Below, in pieces: positions 54,871 to 64,000 of a stretch of DNA of 64,000 nucleotides; position 1 is the stretch's first letter, and each line of letters begins with the position of its first letter. Source of the DNA: an uncultured candidate division Zixibacteria bacterium (GTDB taxonomy: Bacteria; Zixibacteria; MSB-5A5; UBA10806). The notes beneath the pieces were generated by a model. It saw nothing but the letters and a program-made list of their open reading frames with translations, searched no databases and was not told where the DNA came from. Location of the stretch: NCBI GenBank assembly GCA_963817915.1, contig CAWFQL010000009.1:128001-192000 (forward strand), given 5' to 3'. Position numbers and translations under genes: made by a program.

Positions 54871-55272
54871 TTGTTCAAGCTCTCAGTCGTCACTCCTGAA
54901 AAGACAGTTTTTGAAATGGATGTTAAATCTATAATTGCGCCGGGAAGCGAAGGTTATCTCGGCGTTCTGACTAATCACGCTCCCATTATCACTGCCCTGA
55001 TACCCGGCAAATTGACTGTTATCGAATCAGATGACAGGCAGGTTGATTATTGCATTTCGGGCGGCTTTCTCGAAGTCTCCGGCAATATCGCCGCTATTCT
55101 CGCCGATTCTATTGAAACTGTCGAACAAATTAATCTCGAGCGCGCCAAAAAAGCCGAGCAGCGCGCTCGCGAGAGACTTGCCCGTCGAAGCGATGACGAT
55201 ATCGATGTTGCTCGTGCCGAAGCGGCATTGGCTCGTTCGATAAACAGGCAGCGGATAGCGGAAGACCGCTGA
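54871..55272 (+). CDS. atpC: F0F1 ATP synthase subunit epsilon
   Basis: VVTPEK, G.LGVL.NHAP, SGGFLEV. Confidence 0.96.
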   Translation: MFKLSVVTPEKTVFEMDVKSIIAPGSEGYLGVLTNHAPIITALIPGKLTVIESDDRQVDYCISGGFLEVSGNIAAILADSIETVEQINLERAKKAEQRARERLARRSDDDIDVARAEAALARSINRQRIAEDR

Positions 55273-55535
55273 TCTCTTTTTTTATACTATGATTAATCTA
55301 TTCTATTAATTATAATAAATATCAATAAGCCTATTTTAAATTGCTAAATATTCGTTAATATTTTAATTATTTTCTTGACTATCCATTTAAAGATTATAAT
55401 TTCATTCCTTGATTTGTGAAATTTTGAACTATATCAAAATATTCACAGCTGTTCTTTAATTATTCTTGTAGTTATAAAATCAGCTGAGACGTTAGTACTA
55501 CGGGAAGGCGTTTCGCAATCATCAAGGAGATGCAG

Positions 55536-56894
55536 ATGTCCAACAAAGTCACTGCCTTCATGGAGCCATTGATAGCCAAGAATCCAGGCGAAAAAGAATT
55601 CCATCAGGCGGTTCAGGAAGTAGTCGAGTCTTTGATGCCCATCCTGGATAAGCATCCTGTATACCGTGAGGCCAAGATACTGGAAAGGATCGTTGAGCCT
55701 GAACGAATTATCATCTTCCGTGTGCCCTGGGTCGATGACAGCGGAAAAATCCAGGTCAATCGCGGATTTCGTATTGAAATGAATAGCGCGATCGGCCCCT
55801 ACAAGGGCGGACTTCGTTTCCACCCGACAGTCAATCTCGGCATCCTGAAGTTCCTTGCTTTCGAGCAGGTTTTCAAGAACAGCCTGACAACATTACCGAT
55901 GGGCGGAGGCAAAGGCGGTTCAGATTTTGATCCCAAGGGAAAATCCGATAACGAAGTAATGCATTTCTGCCAGTCATTTATGACCGAATTATTCCGTCAT
56001 ATCGGCGCTAATACTGATGTCCCGGCGGGCGACATAGGAGTCGGAGGTCGTGAAATCGGATTTCTGTTTGGACAGTATAAAAGACTCCGCAATGAATTCA
56101 CCGGCGTGCTTACGGGCAAGGGGCTCAAATGGGGTGGAAGTCTGATTCGTCCTGAAGCTACGGGTTACGGCTCAGTTTATTTCGCATCAGAAATGCTTTC
56201 TACTAAAGGTGAAACTCTAAAGGGGAAGACTTGCCTGGTTTCCGGCTCCGGCAATGTCTCTCAATATACTGTTGAGAAGATTCTCGATTTGGGCGGCAAG
56301 CCGGTTACGCTTTCGGATTCGGCTGGCTATATTTACGACGAAGCAGGTATCGACCGTGAAAAACTGGCCTTCATAATGGATCTAAAAAATATCAGACGCG
56401 GCAGAATCAAAGACTATGCGGATAAATATAAAGGGACAGTCTATACTCCAGTCGACAACAAGCTTGCCTATAATCCACTATGGGATCACAAAGCGAATTG
56501 CGCCTTCCCCAGCGCCACTCAAAATGAAATCAATGGCAAGGACGCGCAGAACCTGATTAAAAATGGTGTAAATGTTGTCAGCGAGGGCGCAAACATGCCT
56601 TCGACTCCTGATGCCATCAGTATATATATCGATAGCAAGATTCTCTATGGCCCCGGCAAGGCGGCCAACGCTGGTGGAGTGGCAACATCCGGCCTCGAAA
56701 TGTCCCAGAACAGCTTGCGGCTTTCTTGGACAAGGGAAGAGGTTGACCAAAGATTGCATGGTATTATGAAGGCGATCCATGCGCAGTGCGTCGAACATGG
56801 CAAAGACGGCAATTATATCAACTACGTGAATGGCGCTAACATTGCTGGATTCATCAAAGTCGCGGATTCGATGCTCGATCAGGGTGTAGTCTAA
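55536..56894 (+). CDS. gdhA: NADP-specific glutamate dehydrogenase
   Basis: GPYKGGLRFHP, GGGKGGSDFDP, DVPAGDIGVGGRE, RPEATGYG. Confidence 0.97.
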   Translation: MSNKVTAFMEPLIAKNPGEKEFHQAVQEVVESLMPILDKHPVYREAKILERIVEPERIIIFRVPWVDDSGKIQVNRGFRIEMNSAIGPYKGGLRFHPTVNLGILKFLAFEQVFKNSLTTLPMGGGKGGSDFDPKGKSDNEVMHFCQSFMTELFRHIGANTDVPAGDIGVGGREIGFLFGQYKRLRNEFTGVLTGKGLKWGGSLIRPEATGYGSVYFASEMLSTKGETLKGKTCLVSGSGNVSQYTVEKILDLGGKPVTLSDSAGYIYDEAGIDREKLAFIMDLKNIRRGRIKDYADKYKGTVYTPVDNKLAYNPLWDHKANCAFPSATQNEINGKDAQNLIKNGVNVVSEGANMPSTPDAISIYIDSKILYGPGKAANAGGVATSGLEMSQNSLRLSWTREEVDQRLHGIMKAIHAQCVEHGKDGNYINYVNGANIAGFIKVADSMLDQGVV

Positions 56895-56962
56895 AACTTA
56901 AATCAGGACTTTCGGCAAGTAGTTGAAATCGAAGGTCTGATTTTATTCAGTCGACGGAATAA

Positions 56963-56993
56963 TTAAAAGGCGGGTCAGAAGGCCCGCCTTTAA
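56963..56993. terminator. bidirectional intrinsic terminator
   Basis: TTAAAAGGCGGGTC-AGAA-GGCCCGCCTTTAA between convergent genes. Confidence 0.8.
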
Positions 56994-57015
56994 TATTTAC
57001 TGATTTTATCGTATA

Positions 57016-58185
57016 CTATTTTAAGAGCAGAAATTTCGATATGCTCTGAATAGTTACTTCCGTAGATATCCGCACAAAATAGACACCCGATTTCCACGAC
57101 CCGGCATCAAGCGATATCTTATGTTTACCTTGATCCAAGACGCCTTGTATAAGCGCTGCGATTTTACGACCCAGGATATCATAGATTTCAAGATTTACAT
57201 TAGCTTGTGTCGGCAGATCGAATGATATCATAGTTTTATTATTGAACGGATTCGGATAGATCGATATTATCTCGGAATTTCGCGGGACAGGATTGTCGTC
57301 AATCCCCGTGGCATCATCCATGAATTGCGCCATTACCGGACGATGATCAGATATGCGACTGAAATAATTACTATATTCGTCATCCAGCCTTAATGTAATC
57401 GTATTGCCGTTGCCATACTCACTATTTGCCTGTGTGGTAATCAGAATATTATCGATTAGTAGATTCAGGAATGGATACGATGACCAATACGGATTTCCCG
57501 CCATCGGCAGGGTCAAGAAACGATAATCTGTTGTATCCTGCAAAATCGGCAGGAACACATTTTCGCTGTTGGAGTCGCTTAAATCATCGTTGTAATCGCC
57601 GACTATAATCCAATCCTGATCGGGCGCGCTGGGGACGTGAGTATCAAGATAAGCTTTCAGCATTATGATAGCCGCCCGCCGACGCAAATAATCATCGTAA
57701 GTATCTTCTGCCTTCAGATGAAGCACTATCAGATGAAAATCAAATTGATGATCGCCAAATTGGACACTGCAATAAAGATGAATCGGCGGCCTTGGGAATT
57801 GGTATAAACTCCCTACAAATAGCTGCTCGATATAGGTTACATTGGCTCTATCGGTTCTCCAGATAACCGCAGTCTTCTGATAGGTGCCATCGGGATAATT
57901 ATCGGGCGCATATATTCCATCCCAGCCGGGCAGATGGCCCAAAAAATCTCTGAACGCCGTCGTATCGCTTATCTCTTGAAACGCTACCATATCGATATTG
58001 AGGTCGGAAATCAACACGGCCAGGGTGTCTATAGTTCTGAAACCAGTGCGTGGGAAATCTTTGACATTCCAGGTAATCAAGTCGAATGTCCCATCGCTGC
58101 CGCGGGGCTGAACAAGTTGAGCTTGGCCGAAACCAAAAGATAATACAATCGTGGCAACTACCATAAATAACAATCGATTACGCAT
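57016..58185 (-). CDS. secreted endonuclease/exonuclease/phosphatase (DNase I-like) with T9SS type-A-like C-terminal domain
   Basis: TWNVK.F, AFQEI, HLKA, VGDYND, IDNILIT, SDHRPV; YPNPFN...IYDILGR...SGVYFVR..KFLLLK. Confidence 0.9.
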   Translation of the reverse strand: MRNRLLFMVVATIVLSFGFGQAQLVQPRGSDGTFDLITWNVKDFPRTGFRTIDTLAVLISDLNIDMVAFQEISDTTAFRDFLGHLPGWDGIYAPDNYPDGTYQKTAVIWRTDRANVTYIEQLFVGSLYQFPRPPIHLYCSVQFGDHQFDFHLIVLHLKAEDTYDDYLRRRAAIIMLKAYLDTHVPSAPDQDWIIVGDYNDDLSDSNSENVFLPILQDTTDYRFLTLPMAGNPYWSSYPFLNLLIDNILITTQANSEYGNGNTITLRLDDEYSNYFSRISDHRPVMAQFMDDATGIDDNPVPRNSEIISIYPNPFNNKTMISFDLPTQANVNLEIYDILGRKIAALIQGVLDQGKHKISLDAGSWKSGVYFVRISTEVTIQSISKFLLLK

Positions 58186-58366
58186 GTCGAAAAAGTTATA
58201 CCCATTATTGTTCATATGGGAAATATAGTTCAATTAACTTGGTTGTCAATTCATTAAAATATCTGCTAAATTTTGGGGGTGGTTTATTATGGTTTTGATT
58301 GGCTTACTTTGATATTGACTTTTCAGCGTTCTGATATAATTTAGGCTTTGGATAGATTTTCTCAAA

Positions 58367-58440
58367 CGGGGCGTAGCGCAGCCTGGTAGCGCACATGGTT
58401 CGGGACCATGGTGTCGGAGGTTCAAATCCTCTCGCCCCGA
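58367..58440 (+). tRNA. tRNA-Pro(CGG), no encoded CCA
   Basis: CGGGGCG/CGCCCCG acceptor, CATGG-TTCGGGA-CCATG anticodon arm. Confidence 0.96.
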
Positions 58441-58601
58441 TGAACTTTGGACGACATATGGACAAAAAATCTATGCCAAATAGCCCCAGGATACATGTTG
58501 ATATATTGTTCTTATTTATTGCTCGACAGGTATTTGACATTTATGCTATAAATGAAATGTAAAATAATTGGTGATTGCAAAATTAGGGAGGCACGAAGAA
58601 A

Positions 58602-59123
58602 ATGAGCAAAACAGAGGATAATCTCAAAGCCGCGTTCGCGGGCGAATCGCAAGCACGGAATAAATACACCTATTTCGCCGCAGTTGCGAAAAAAGAAGGC
58701 CTGCATTATATCGCGAAAATATTCGAAGAAACCGCAGACAATGAACGCCGCCATGCAAAAGACGAATTAGATCTTTTGGGCGGTATCGGCAATACAGCAG
58801 CCAACCTAAAAGCCGCCATGGGCGGGGAAGACTATGAAACTACATCGATGTATCCCGAATTCGCCAAGCAAGCCGACGAAGAAGGCAACCGTCCGGCGGC
58901 GAATTTATTCCGCCAGATCGCCAAAGTTGAAAAACATCACCGCGACCGCTATAAAAAATTATTGGATTTGTTGGAAAAGGGCATGGTTTTCAAACGAGAC
59001 AGTCCAATTAAATGGAAATGCAGCGTCTGCGGTTTTATTCACGAGGGAACCGAACCGGTCGCCAAATGTCCCTGCTGCGCCCACCCGCGCGAATATTTCG
59101 AACCTGCAAATTTGGATTTATAA
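58602..59123 (+). CDS. rbr: rubrerythrin
   Basis: AFAGESQARNKY, NERRHA, EKHH, C-terminal WKCSVCG...CPCC rubredoxin domain. Confidence 0.95.
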   Translation: MSKTEDNLKAAFAGESQARNKYTYFAAVAKKEGLHYIAKIFEETADNERRHAKDELDLLGGIGNTAANLKAAMGGEDYETTSMYPEFAKQADEEGNRPAANLFRQIAKVEKHHRDRYKKLLDLLEKGMVFKRDSPIKWKCSVCGFIHEGTEPVAKCPCCAHPREYFEPANLDL

Positions 59124-59147
59124 CCTAATCAATAATTATGATCCGTA

Positions 59148-59225
59148 GTAGAGACTTGCGATCGCAAGTCTCTACAAAACTATAACCTTAATCCCAGCGT
59201 AGAGACGCAAAATCTTGCGTCTCTA
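59148..59225. repeat. two GTAGAGAC-type REP palindromes
   Basis: GTAGAGACTTGCGATCGCAAGTCTCTAC (59148-59175) and GTAGAGACGCAAAATCTTGCGTCTCTA (59199-59225). Confidence 0.8.
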
Positions 59226-59282
59226 TATGTGATATTTTCATTTCCAATTGACATCTATCGCTCGCCATATTAAATCATCTCC

Positions 59283-59729
59283 ATGAATAATTTCATCGGC
59301 GTAATCGGGGGATCGGATATTGATGAAAAAACTTACCGGATTGCTTACCGCGTTGGAGAATCAATCGCTCGGAACAAGGCGATATTGATTTGCGGCGGAC
59401 TTGGCGGAGTTATGGAAGCCGCCTGCAAGGGTGCGCATGAAAATGGCGGTACGACAATCGGTGTTCTGCCCGGCAACAATATCAAAGACGCCAATCAATG
59501 GGTCGAATTCCCGATCGCCACAGGTCTGGGACACGGCCGAAATTCAATCATTATTAATACCGCTCATTCGTTGATAGCAATTGACGGCAAATACGGGACA
59601 CTCTCTGAAATCGCCCTTGCCCTGCAATCAGGCAAGCCGGTTTATGGATTAGGTACATGGGATATCGAAGGCGTTATCGAATGTGAAAGCCCTGAGGATG
59701 CTGTCGACAAAGCATTGGAGAGTAATTGA
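59283..59729 (+). CDS. TIGR00725 / LOG-like Rossmann-fold protein
   Basis: IGVIGG, CGGLGGVMEAACKGA, TGLGHGRN, GTLSEIA. Confidence 0.9.
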   Translation: MNNFIGVIGGSDIDEKTYRIAYRVGESIARNKAILICGGLGGVMEAACKGAHENGGTTIGVLPGNNIKDANQWVEFPIATGLGHGRNSIIINTAHSLIAIDGKYGTLSEIALALQSGKPVYGLGTWDIEGVIECESPEDAVDKALESN

Positions 59730-60014
59730 TTGGCTGGGGAGCTTAAAGGATTACGTTTGATTGTCACCGGCGTCGTCCAGGGGGTGGGATTTCGCTATTT
59801 TGTGAAACGGGTTGCCGATGAGCTAAGGCTGGTCGGATATGTACGAAATAATTTTGATGGTTCAGTCGAGACTTATGTCGAAGGGGATGTCAGTATGTTG
59901 AACGCATTTTATGATGAAATAAAAATCGGCCCGAGACATGCCCATATTGCTTCTGTACAAGTTGAATGGAATGAATATAAAGGAGACTACAAAGTTTTCA
60001 GGATTATGCTATGA
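59730..60014 (+). CDS. acyP: acylphosphatase
   Basis: VTGVVQGVGFR, GYVRN..DGSVE. Confidence 0.95.
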   Translation: MAGELKGLRLIVTGVVQGVGFRYFVKRVADELRLVGYVRNNFDGSVETYVEGDVSMLNAFYDEIKIGPRHAHIASVQVEWNEYKGDYKVFRIML

Positions 60015-60541
60015 AACAAAACGAATTAAAAAACACAATCAGAAATGTGCCTGATTTCCCAATTAAGGGAATTGTCTTCAGGGATATTACGACTCTTGTC
60101 AACGACGCGAAGGCGTTCAAATTTGTGATCGACACTCTTTATAAACGTTATAAAGATAAAAAAATCGATGTCATCGTTGGAGTGGAATCGCGCGGCTTTA
60201 TTTTTGGCGGAGCTCTCGCCAATAAGCTCAAATGCGGTTTTGTTCCGGCACGCAAGCCGGGCAAGCTGCCTGCCAGTACTATCGAAGAATCATACGATCT
60301 GGAATATGGCAAGGCCGCGCTTCAGATTCATACCGATGCTATCGCCAAAGGCCAGCGAGTTATTATTATCGATGACCTATTAGCAACTGGTGGGACATTA
60401 TCCGCTACTGCCAAATTAATCGAACGGTTGGGCGGCAAGATATTTGAAATCGCAGTTGTTATCGATCTAACTTTCCTGCGCGGCCGCGAAAAGCTCAAAG
60501 GCTATAAAATATTTTCAATGGTTGATTACGATTCGGAATAG
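60011..60541 (+). CDS. apt: adenine phosphoribosyltransferase
   Basis: PDFPIKGIVFRDITT, ESRGF, RKPGKLP, IIDDLLATGGT. Confidence 0.97.
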   Translation: MKQNELKNTIRNVPDFPIKGIVFRDITTLVNDAKAFKFVIDTLYKRYKDKKIDVIVGVESRGFIFGGALANKLKCGFVPARKPGKLPASTIEESYDLEYGKAALQIHTDAIAKGQRVIIIDDLLATGGTLSATAKLIERLGGKIFEIAVVIDLTFLRGREKLKGYKIFSMVDYDSE

Positions 60542-60561
60542 TTGGAATATATATAAAAAAA

Positions 60562-60588
60562 GTAGAGACTTGCATGGCAAGTCTCTAC
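60562..60588. repeat. GTAGAGAC-type REP palindrome
   Basis: GTAGAGACTTGCATGGCAAGTCTCTAC, near-identical to 59148. Confidence 0.8.
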
Positions 60589-60616
60589 ACGAAAATTCGC
60601 ATCTATTAAATATTAC

Positions 60617-61528
60617 TTACCCAATTACCTTGGCCAATATATATCCAACTCCCATAAGAAATTGAATCGATAGCACTATCATCACATTGGCGCCTTGAGC
60701 CGGGACTAATTCCGGCAATGATTTGAATGTGAATGAGCCCTTGATCGCCTTGATTCCAATCGGCAATGTCAGCAACGACAGCATCGTCCAGGCTGGCATT
60801 AATCCGGCGATAGTTCCAATGATTGGCCAGAGATATGTTAATATTACTAATGATGAATAAACAACCGCCGCCTTCTTATGACCTACAGTTATTGGTAACG
60901 TCTTGCGATTGTTGGTCTTGTCGGCTTCAGAGTCAGGGAATTCATTCAACAATAAAAGATTGGCGACTAATAATCCCGATGGTATCGAAGCGTACAATGC
61001 AGGGAATGAAAACCCGCCGTCCATTATCATGAATGTGCCAAGCACGGGCAATGTGCCTAATCCTAATCCTGCGGCAATTTCTGCCACACCACCGCCGATC
61101 TTGGTTAGATGAGTAGTATAAAATACCACAAATAATGCCCCGACAACGAACAACGGTATTAGGTATGTGCCCCTGACTATCACGAAATAAATCCCGATCG
61201 GCACTGCTGCGATAAGCGTACCAAATCCCAACCATAGGGCAGCTTTGGGAGAAATTATTCCAGCAGGCATAAGTCCTGAACCGCCGGAGAACGGTGTCCG
61301 ACTTACCTTCAAATCGATACCGGTTTTGAAATCGCTGTAGTCATTCAGTACATTTACACTGGCATGCAAGAGCACCAGCCCGATAACCGATAGAATAAAA
61401 TAAAGTGCGTTAAAATTACCGTTGTTCAACGCTATTGACATCCCCAAAAATACCAAGATAGGGGAGAGGATCAAAAATTGCGGTCTTGTTTCCAAAAAGA
61501 GATTCTTAACACTCACAGTTGCCTCCAT
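60617..61528 (-). CDS. UbiA-family prenyltransferase, MenA-like
   Basis: ETRPQFL, NVLNDYSDF..GID..TPFSGGSG, NEFPD.EAD...RKTL. Confidence 0.88.
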   Translation of the reverse strand: MEATVSVKNLFLETRPQFLILSPILVFLGMSIALNNGNFNALYFILSVIGLVLLHASVNVLNDYSDFKTGIDLKVSRTPFSGGSGLMPAGIISPKAALWLGFGTLIAAVPIGIYFVIVRGTYLIPLFVVGALFVVFYTTHLTKIGGGVAEIAAGLGLGTLPVLGTFMIMDGGFSFPALYASIPSGLLVANLLLLNEFPDSEADKTNNRKTLPITVGHKKAAVVYSSLVILTYLWPIIGTIAGLMPAWTMLSLLTLPIGIKAIKGSFTFKSLPELVPAQGANVMIVLSIQFLMGVGYILAKVIG

Positions 61529-61592
61529 TTCATTTCTTGGATGGCTATTATTTAGAATTCGCCGACAAAAATCAAGCGAAATTTATTTCCTT

Positions 61593-61664
61593 GGGCGGCA
61601 GTCGTCATCGACTGCCCCTATTGAATCCAGTAAGAAGGGGCAGCTGTGGACAGCTGCAGCCCAC
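61593..61664. repeat. REP-like palindrome pair
   Basis: GGCAGTCG-TCAT-CGACTGCC(CCTA) and GCAGCTGT-GG-ACAGCTGC. Confidence 0.5.
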
Positions 61665-61753
61665 AAAATTAAAAGGAATAAATTGACAAGATATCATGCC
61701 TATAGTAAATGATTTTATGATATCAGCAATATCGAATTTAAAGGTGAAATTAA

Positions 61754-62731
61754 ATGCCCGATGATTTGACACCATCCCAACCCGAAACTCTAGCTCAAGA
61801 AACCCCGCCGTATAAGAAACGGCACGTCTGGGTTTCGGTTGTCCTGTCATTTTTTGGTAGCGGCCTGCCGTTGATATATTGTGGAAATCTAAAAGGCGGG
61901 ATATTGTTGTTGCTAGCGACGTTTGTTTTCGAATACATTTTCCTAATTTCCAATGCATTTATCATGACTTTCACTTGGCTGGTTATATCGGTAATCATTT
62001 CCCTCGCAGTATTTGCGGGTATTTTGATATTCAATATTCGATATACTAATAAGGCTAATTATGATAAATCCCCTCGAATCCGCAAAACCTGGCTATGGAT
62101 TATTTTCGTATTTTTAGGCCTGAATATATTATCGTCATTTAGCAGTGATTTTATCAAAGCGACTATTATCGAATCCTATAGAATCCCATCAGGCGCGATG
62201 GAGCGAACATTGCTGAAAGGAGATTATCTTCTGGCAAATAAATTCATTTATGGTAGTAAGCTGACCATCCTTTTGACCGATATAAAATTGCCTGCATGTG
62301 ATGAGCCCAAGCCTGGAGATATTATTATTTTTAAATATCCCATGGACCAAAAGCAGAATTATATCAAAAGAGTCGTTGCCATTGGGGGGGATAAAATAAA
62401 AATATTCAATAAACAATTATTTGTAAATGATCAATACATTCCACCACCACCCGGATCGCAGTTCATGGATTCAACGCATGTGTATCCTCATTTCAATGAG
62501 GGCAAATGGGGCATGGGAATCCGCGACAATATGCCTGTGAAAGAAGTCCCGATAGGTTATTTATTCATAATGGGGGACAATCGAGACAATTCCGCCGATT
62601 CGCGTTTCTGGGGATTTTTGGATCGTAAATTGGTAATTGGTAAGCCAATGTACATATTCTTCTCCTGGGATAGCGAAAAGCATCGCATCCGCTGGGAGCG
62701 TATCGGCCTCCGCCTCGATAATCAGAATTAG
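61754..62731 (+). CDS. lepB: signal peptidase I with multi-TM N-terminus
   Basis: IPSGAME.TL..GD, NYIKRVV, MGDNRDNSADSRFWG. Confidence 0.93.
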   Translation: MPDDLTPSQPETLAQETPPYKKRHVWVSVVLSFFGSGLPLIYCGNLKGGILLLLATFVFEYIFLISNAFIMTFTWLVISVIISLAVFAGILIFNIRYTNKANYDKSPRIRKTWLWIIFVFLGLNILSSFSSDFIKATIIESYRIPSGAMERTLLKGDYLLANKFIYGSKLTILLTDIKLPACDEPKPGDIIIFKYPMDQKQNYIKRVVAIGGDKIKIFNKQLFVNDQYIPPPPGSQFMDSTHVYPHFNEGKWGMGIRDNMPVKEVPIGYLFIMGDNRDNSADSRFWGFLDRKLVIGKPMYIFFSWDSEKHRIRWERIGLRLDNQN

Positions 62732-62746
62732 AATTCTTCCATAACT

Positions 62747-62931
62747 CGTCATTCCCGCGAATGCACGAATCCATCTCAGTTTGCCAAAATCACAAATGTC
62801 ATGTAGGGGCGAACTGCTGTTCGCCAATTTTGCTTCTATGTCATTGCGAGGAGTTCGCCACGGCGAACGACGAAGCAATCTGAGGGCGACGAGCATTTTG
62901 TCGCTTTTATGTCGGGTCAGGCGACCCGACA
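62747..62931. repeat. cluster of mixed CGTC/TGTC- and GTAG-type palindromic repeats upstream of sod
   Basis: CGTCATTCCCGCGAATGCACGAAT; GTAGGGGCGAACTGCTGTTCGCC; TGTCATTGCGAGGAG...GACGAAGCAATCT; TGTCGGGTCAGGCGACCCGACA. Confidence 0.75.
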
Positions 62932-63048
62932 CCACTTCTATTCCAGTTTTCCGGAACCGCATGCCTTACGCAGTAGTATTATTATCAAATGGAAATGAAT
63001 GTCGTTGTCAATTGGAATTAATGACGGTTAATTTAAAGAGAGGAAAAT

Positions 63049-63702
63049 ATGGGATACGAATGGAGATTTAATCCCCGTCCATACACGGATGAGGAAGCAA
63101 AGAAGCTTTTGAAGGATGTCATTTCGCAGGAGACTGCCGACTGGCATTACAACAAGCATCACAAGGGCTATGTTGTCGCGTTAAATACAATCGAAACCGG
63201 GCTGGCCAAGGCCGATATCGCCACCGCCAACGGCAACTACTCCGAATTCGGCGAGCTGAAACGTCGCCGCGGATGGAACCATGCCGGCGCTTTGCTGCAT
63301 GATGTCTATTGGGAGGTCATGGGGGGAGATGGCAATCCATCGAAGGGATACGAAATCTACAAAGCCATCGAACGGGAATTCGGCAGCTACGAGAAATGGC
63401 GCGATGATTTCAAGGCAACCGCTGTCGCGGCCAAGCTTTCGGGCTGGGCCGTGCTGGTTTACGACAAGCTATACAGCGGACGGTTGCTCAATGCCCTTGT
63501 CGATGAGCATCAAAATGGCGCTATCTGGGGCGGCATACCGTTGATCTCACTCGATGTCTTCGAGCATGCCTACTACCACAAGGATGGCCCCAATCGCCCC
63601 GGCTATATCGATAATTTCATCAAGAATCTGCATTGGGAACGGATCAACGACCGCTATCGCCGCTTCGTCACGCAAGAAAAACCCTCGATGGTGACGGTGT
63701 AA
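63049..63702 (+). CDS. Fe/Mn superoxide dismutase
   Basis: HYNKHHKGYV, NHAGALLH, SGWAVL, LDVFEHAYY. Confidence 0.93.
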   Translation: MGYEWRFNPRPYTDEEAKKLLKDVISQETADWHYNKHHKGYVVALNTIETGLAKADIATANGNYSEFGELKRRRGWNHAGALLHDVYWEVMGGDGNPSKGYEIYKAIEREFGSYEKWRDDFKATAVAAKLSGWAVLVYDKLYSGRLLNALVDEHQNGAIWGGIPLISLDVFEHAYYHKDGPNRPGYIDNFIKNLHWERINDRYRRFVTQEKPSMVTV

Positions 63703-63711
63703 ATATCAACC

Positions 63712-63957
63712 TGTCATTCCCGCGAATGCGGGAATCTCATCTTTCTTGCCAACATCACAAATGCATCGGTAGGGGCGTCCGGCGGTTGCCGGACGCCCTT
63801 TAACATGATGGGCGTTCAATTGACCGCCCCTACGATAAATTATCCTTTGTAGGGGTTTGATTCATCAAACCCACGCATGAAAACTGCAAATCTTTCGTAG
63901 GGGCCGACCTACGCGTCGGCCCGTTGGACGAGGGCGAACACATAGGTTCGCCCCTAC
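63712..63957. repeat. array of one dRS3-like and five GTAG-type REP palindromes downstream of sod
   Basis: ATTCCC-N8-GGGAAT; GTAGGGG/CCCCTAC-tagged hairpins at 63769, 63810, 63849, 63897 and 63932. Confidence 0.82.
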
Positions 63958-64000
63958 AATAAATTCACTCCTTGCTTCCCCTGCTAATCTCATATATTTT

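Noticed and set aside
55413..55430. Rex-like box upstream of gdhA (TTGTGAAATTTTGAACTA), and a similar one upstream of fur
   Set aside because: Only one good half-site in AT-rich DNA.
62561..63071. ORFs 62561-62962 (-), 62565-62774 (-) and 62781-63071 (+)
   Set aside because: They are translations of palindromic repeats or antisense lepB.
63712..63957. CRISPR-like array
   Set aside because: Only a 7-nt tag recurs, in both orientations, with irregular spacing and no cas genes. REP elements fit better.

Overview
Bacterial chromosomal window with no rRNA, CRISPR array, integrase or transposase. The gene content suggests a diderm FCB-related lineage such as candidate Zixibacteria (inference from dockerin-tailed and T9SS/FlgD-tailed secreted proteins plus PorV). 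Housekeeping blocks: the 3' half of a complex I operon (nuoG-N), a Fur/PerR regulator, surE, a complete H+-type F1Fo atp operon, gdhA, rubrerythrin, LOG-like/acyP/apt, a MenA-like prenyltransferase, signal peptidase I, Fe/Mn SOD and four tRNAs (Ala-GGC, Ser-GCT, Glu-TTC, Pro-CGG). The accessory content is dominated by secreted or surface proteins. (1) Three large proteins share a six-cysteine dockerin-like C-terminal tag. (2) Two of them lie in a block after tRNA-Glu built from two paralogous TrmB-like regulators, with a candidate shared operator and a shared, covarying terminator. (3) A Tat-signal TldD plus PmbA operon is linked to an ABC exporter. (4) A PEP-CTERM gene has a sigma-54 promoter and an enhancer-like palindrome. 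(5) A dense, diverse cluster of REP-like palindromes includes a direct repeat bracketing sod. About a dozen apparent 1-2 nt frameshifts, one in nuoI, most likely reflect uncorrected sequencing indels.
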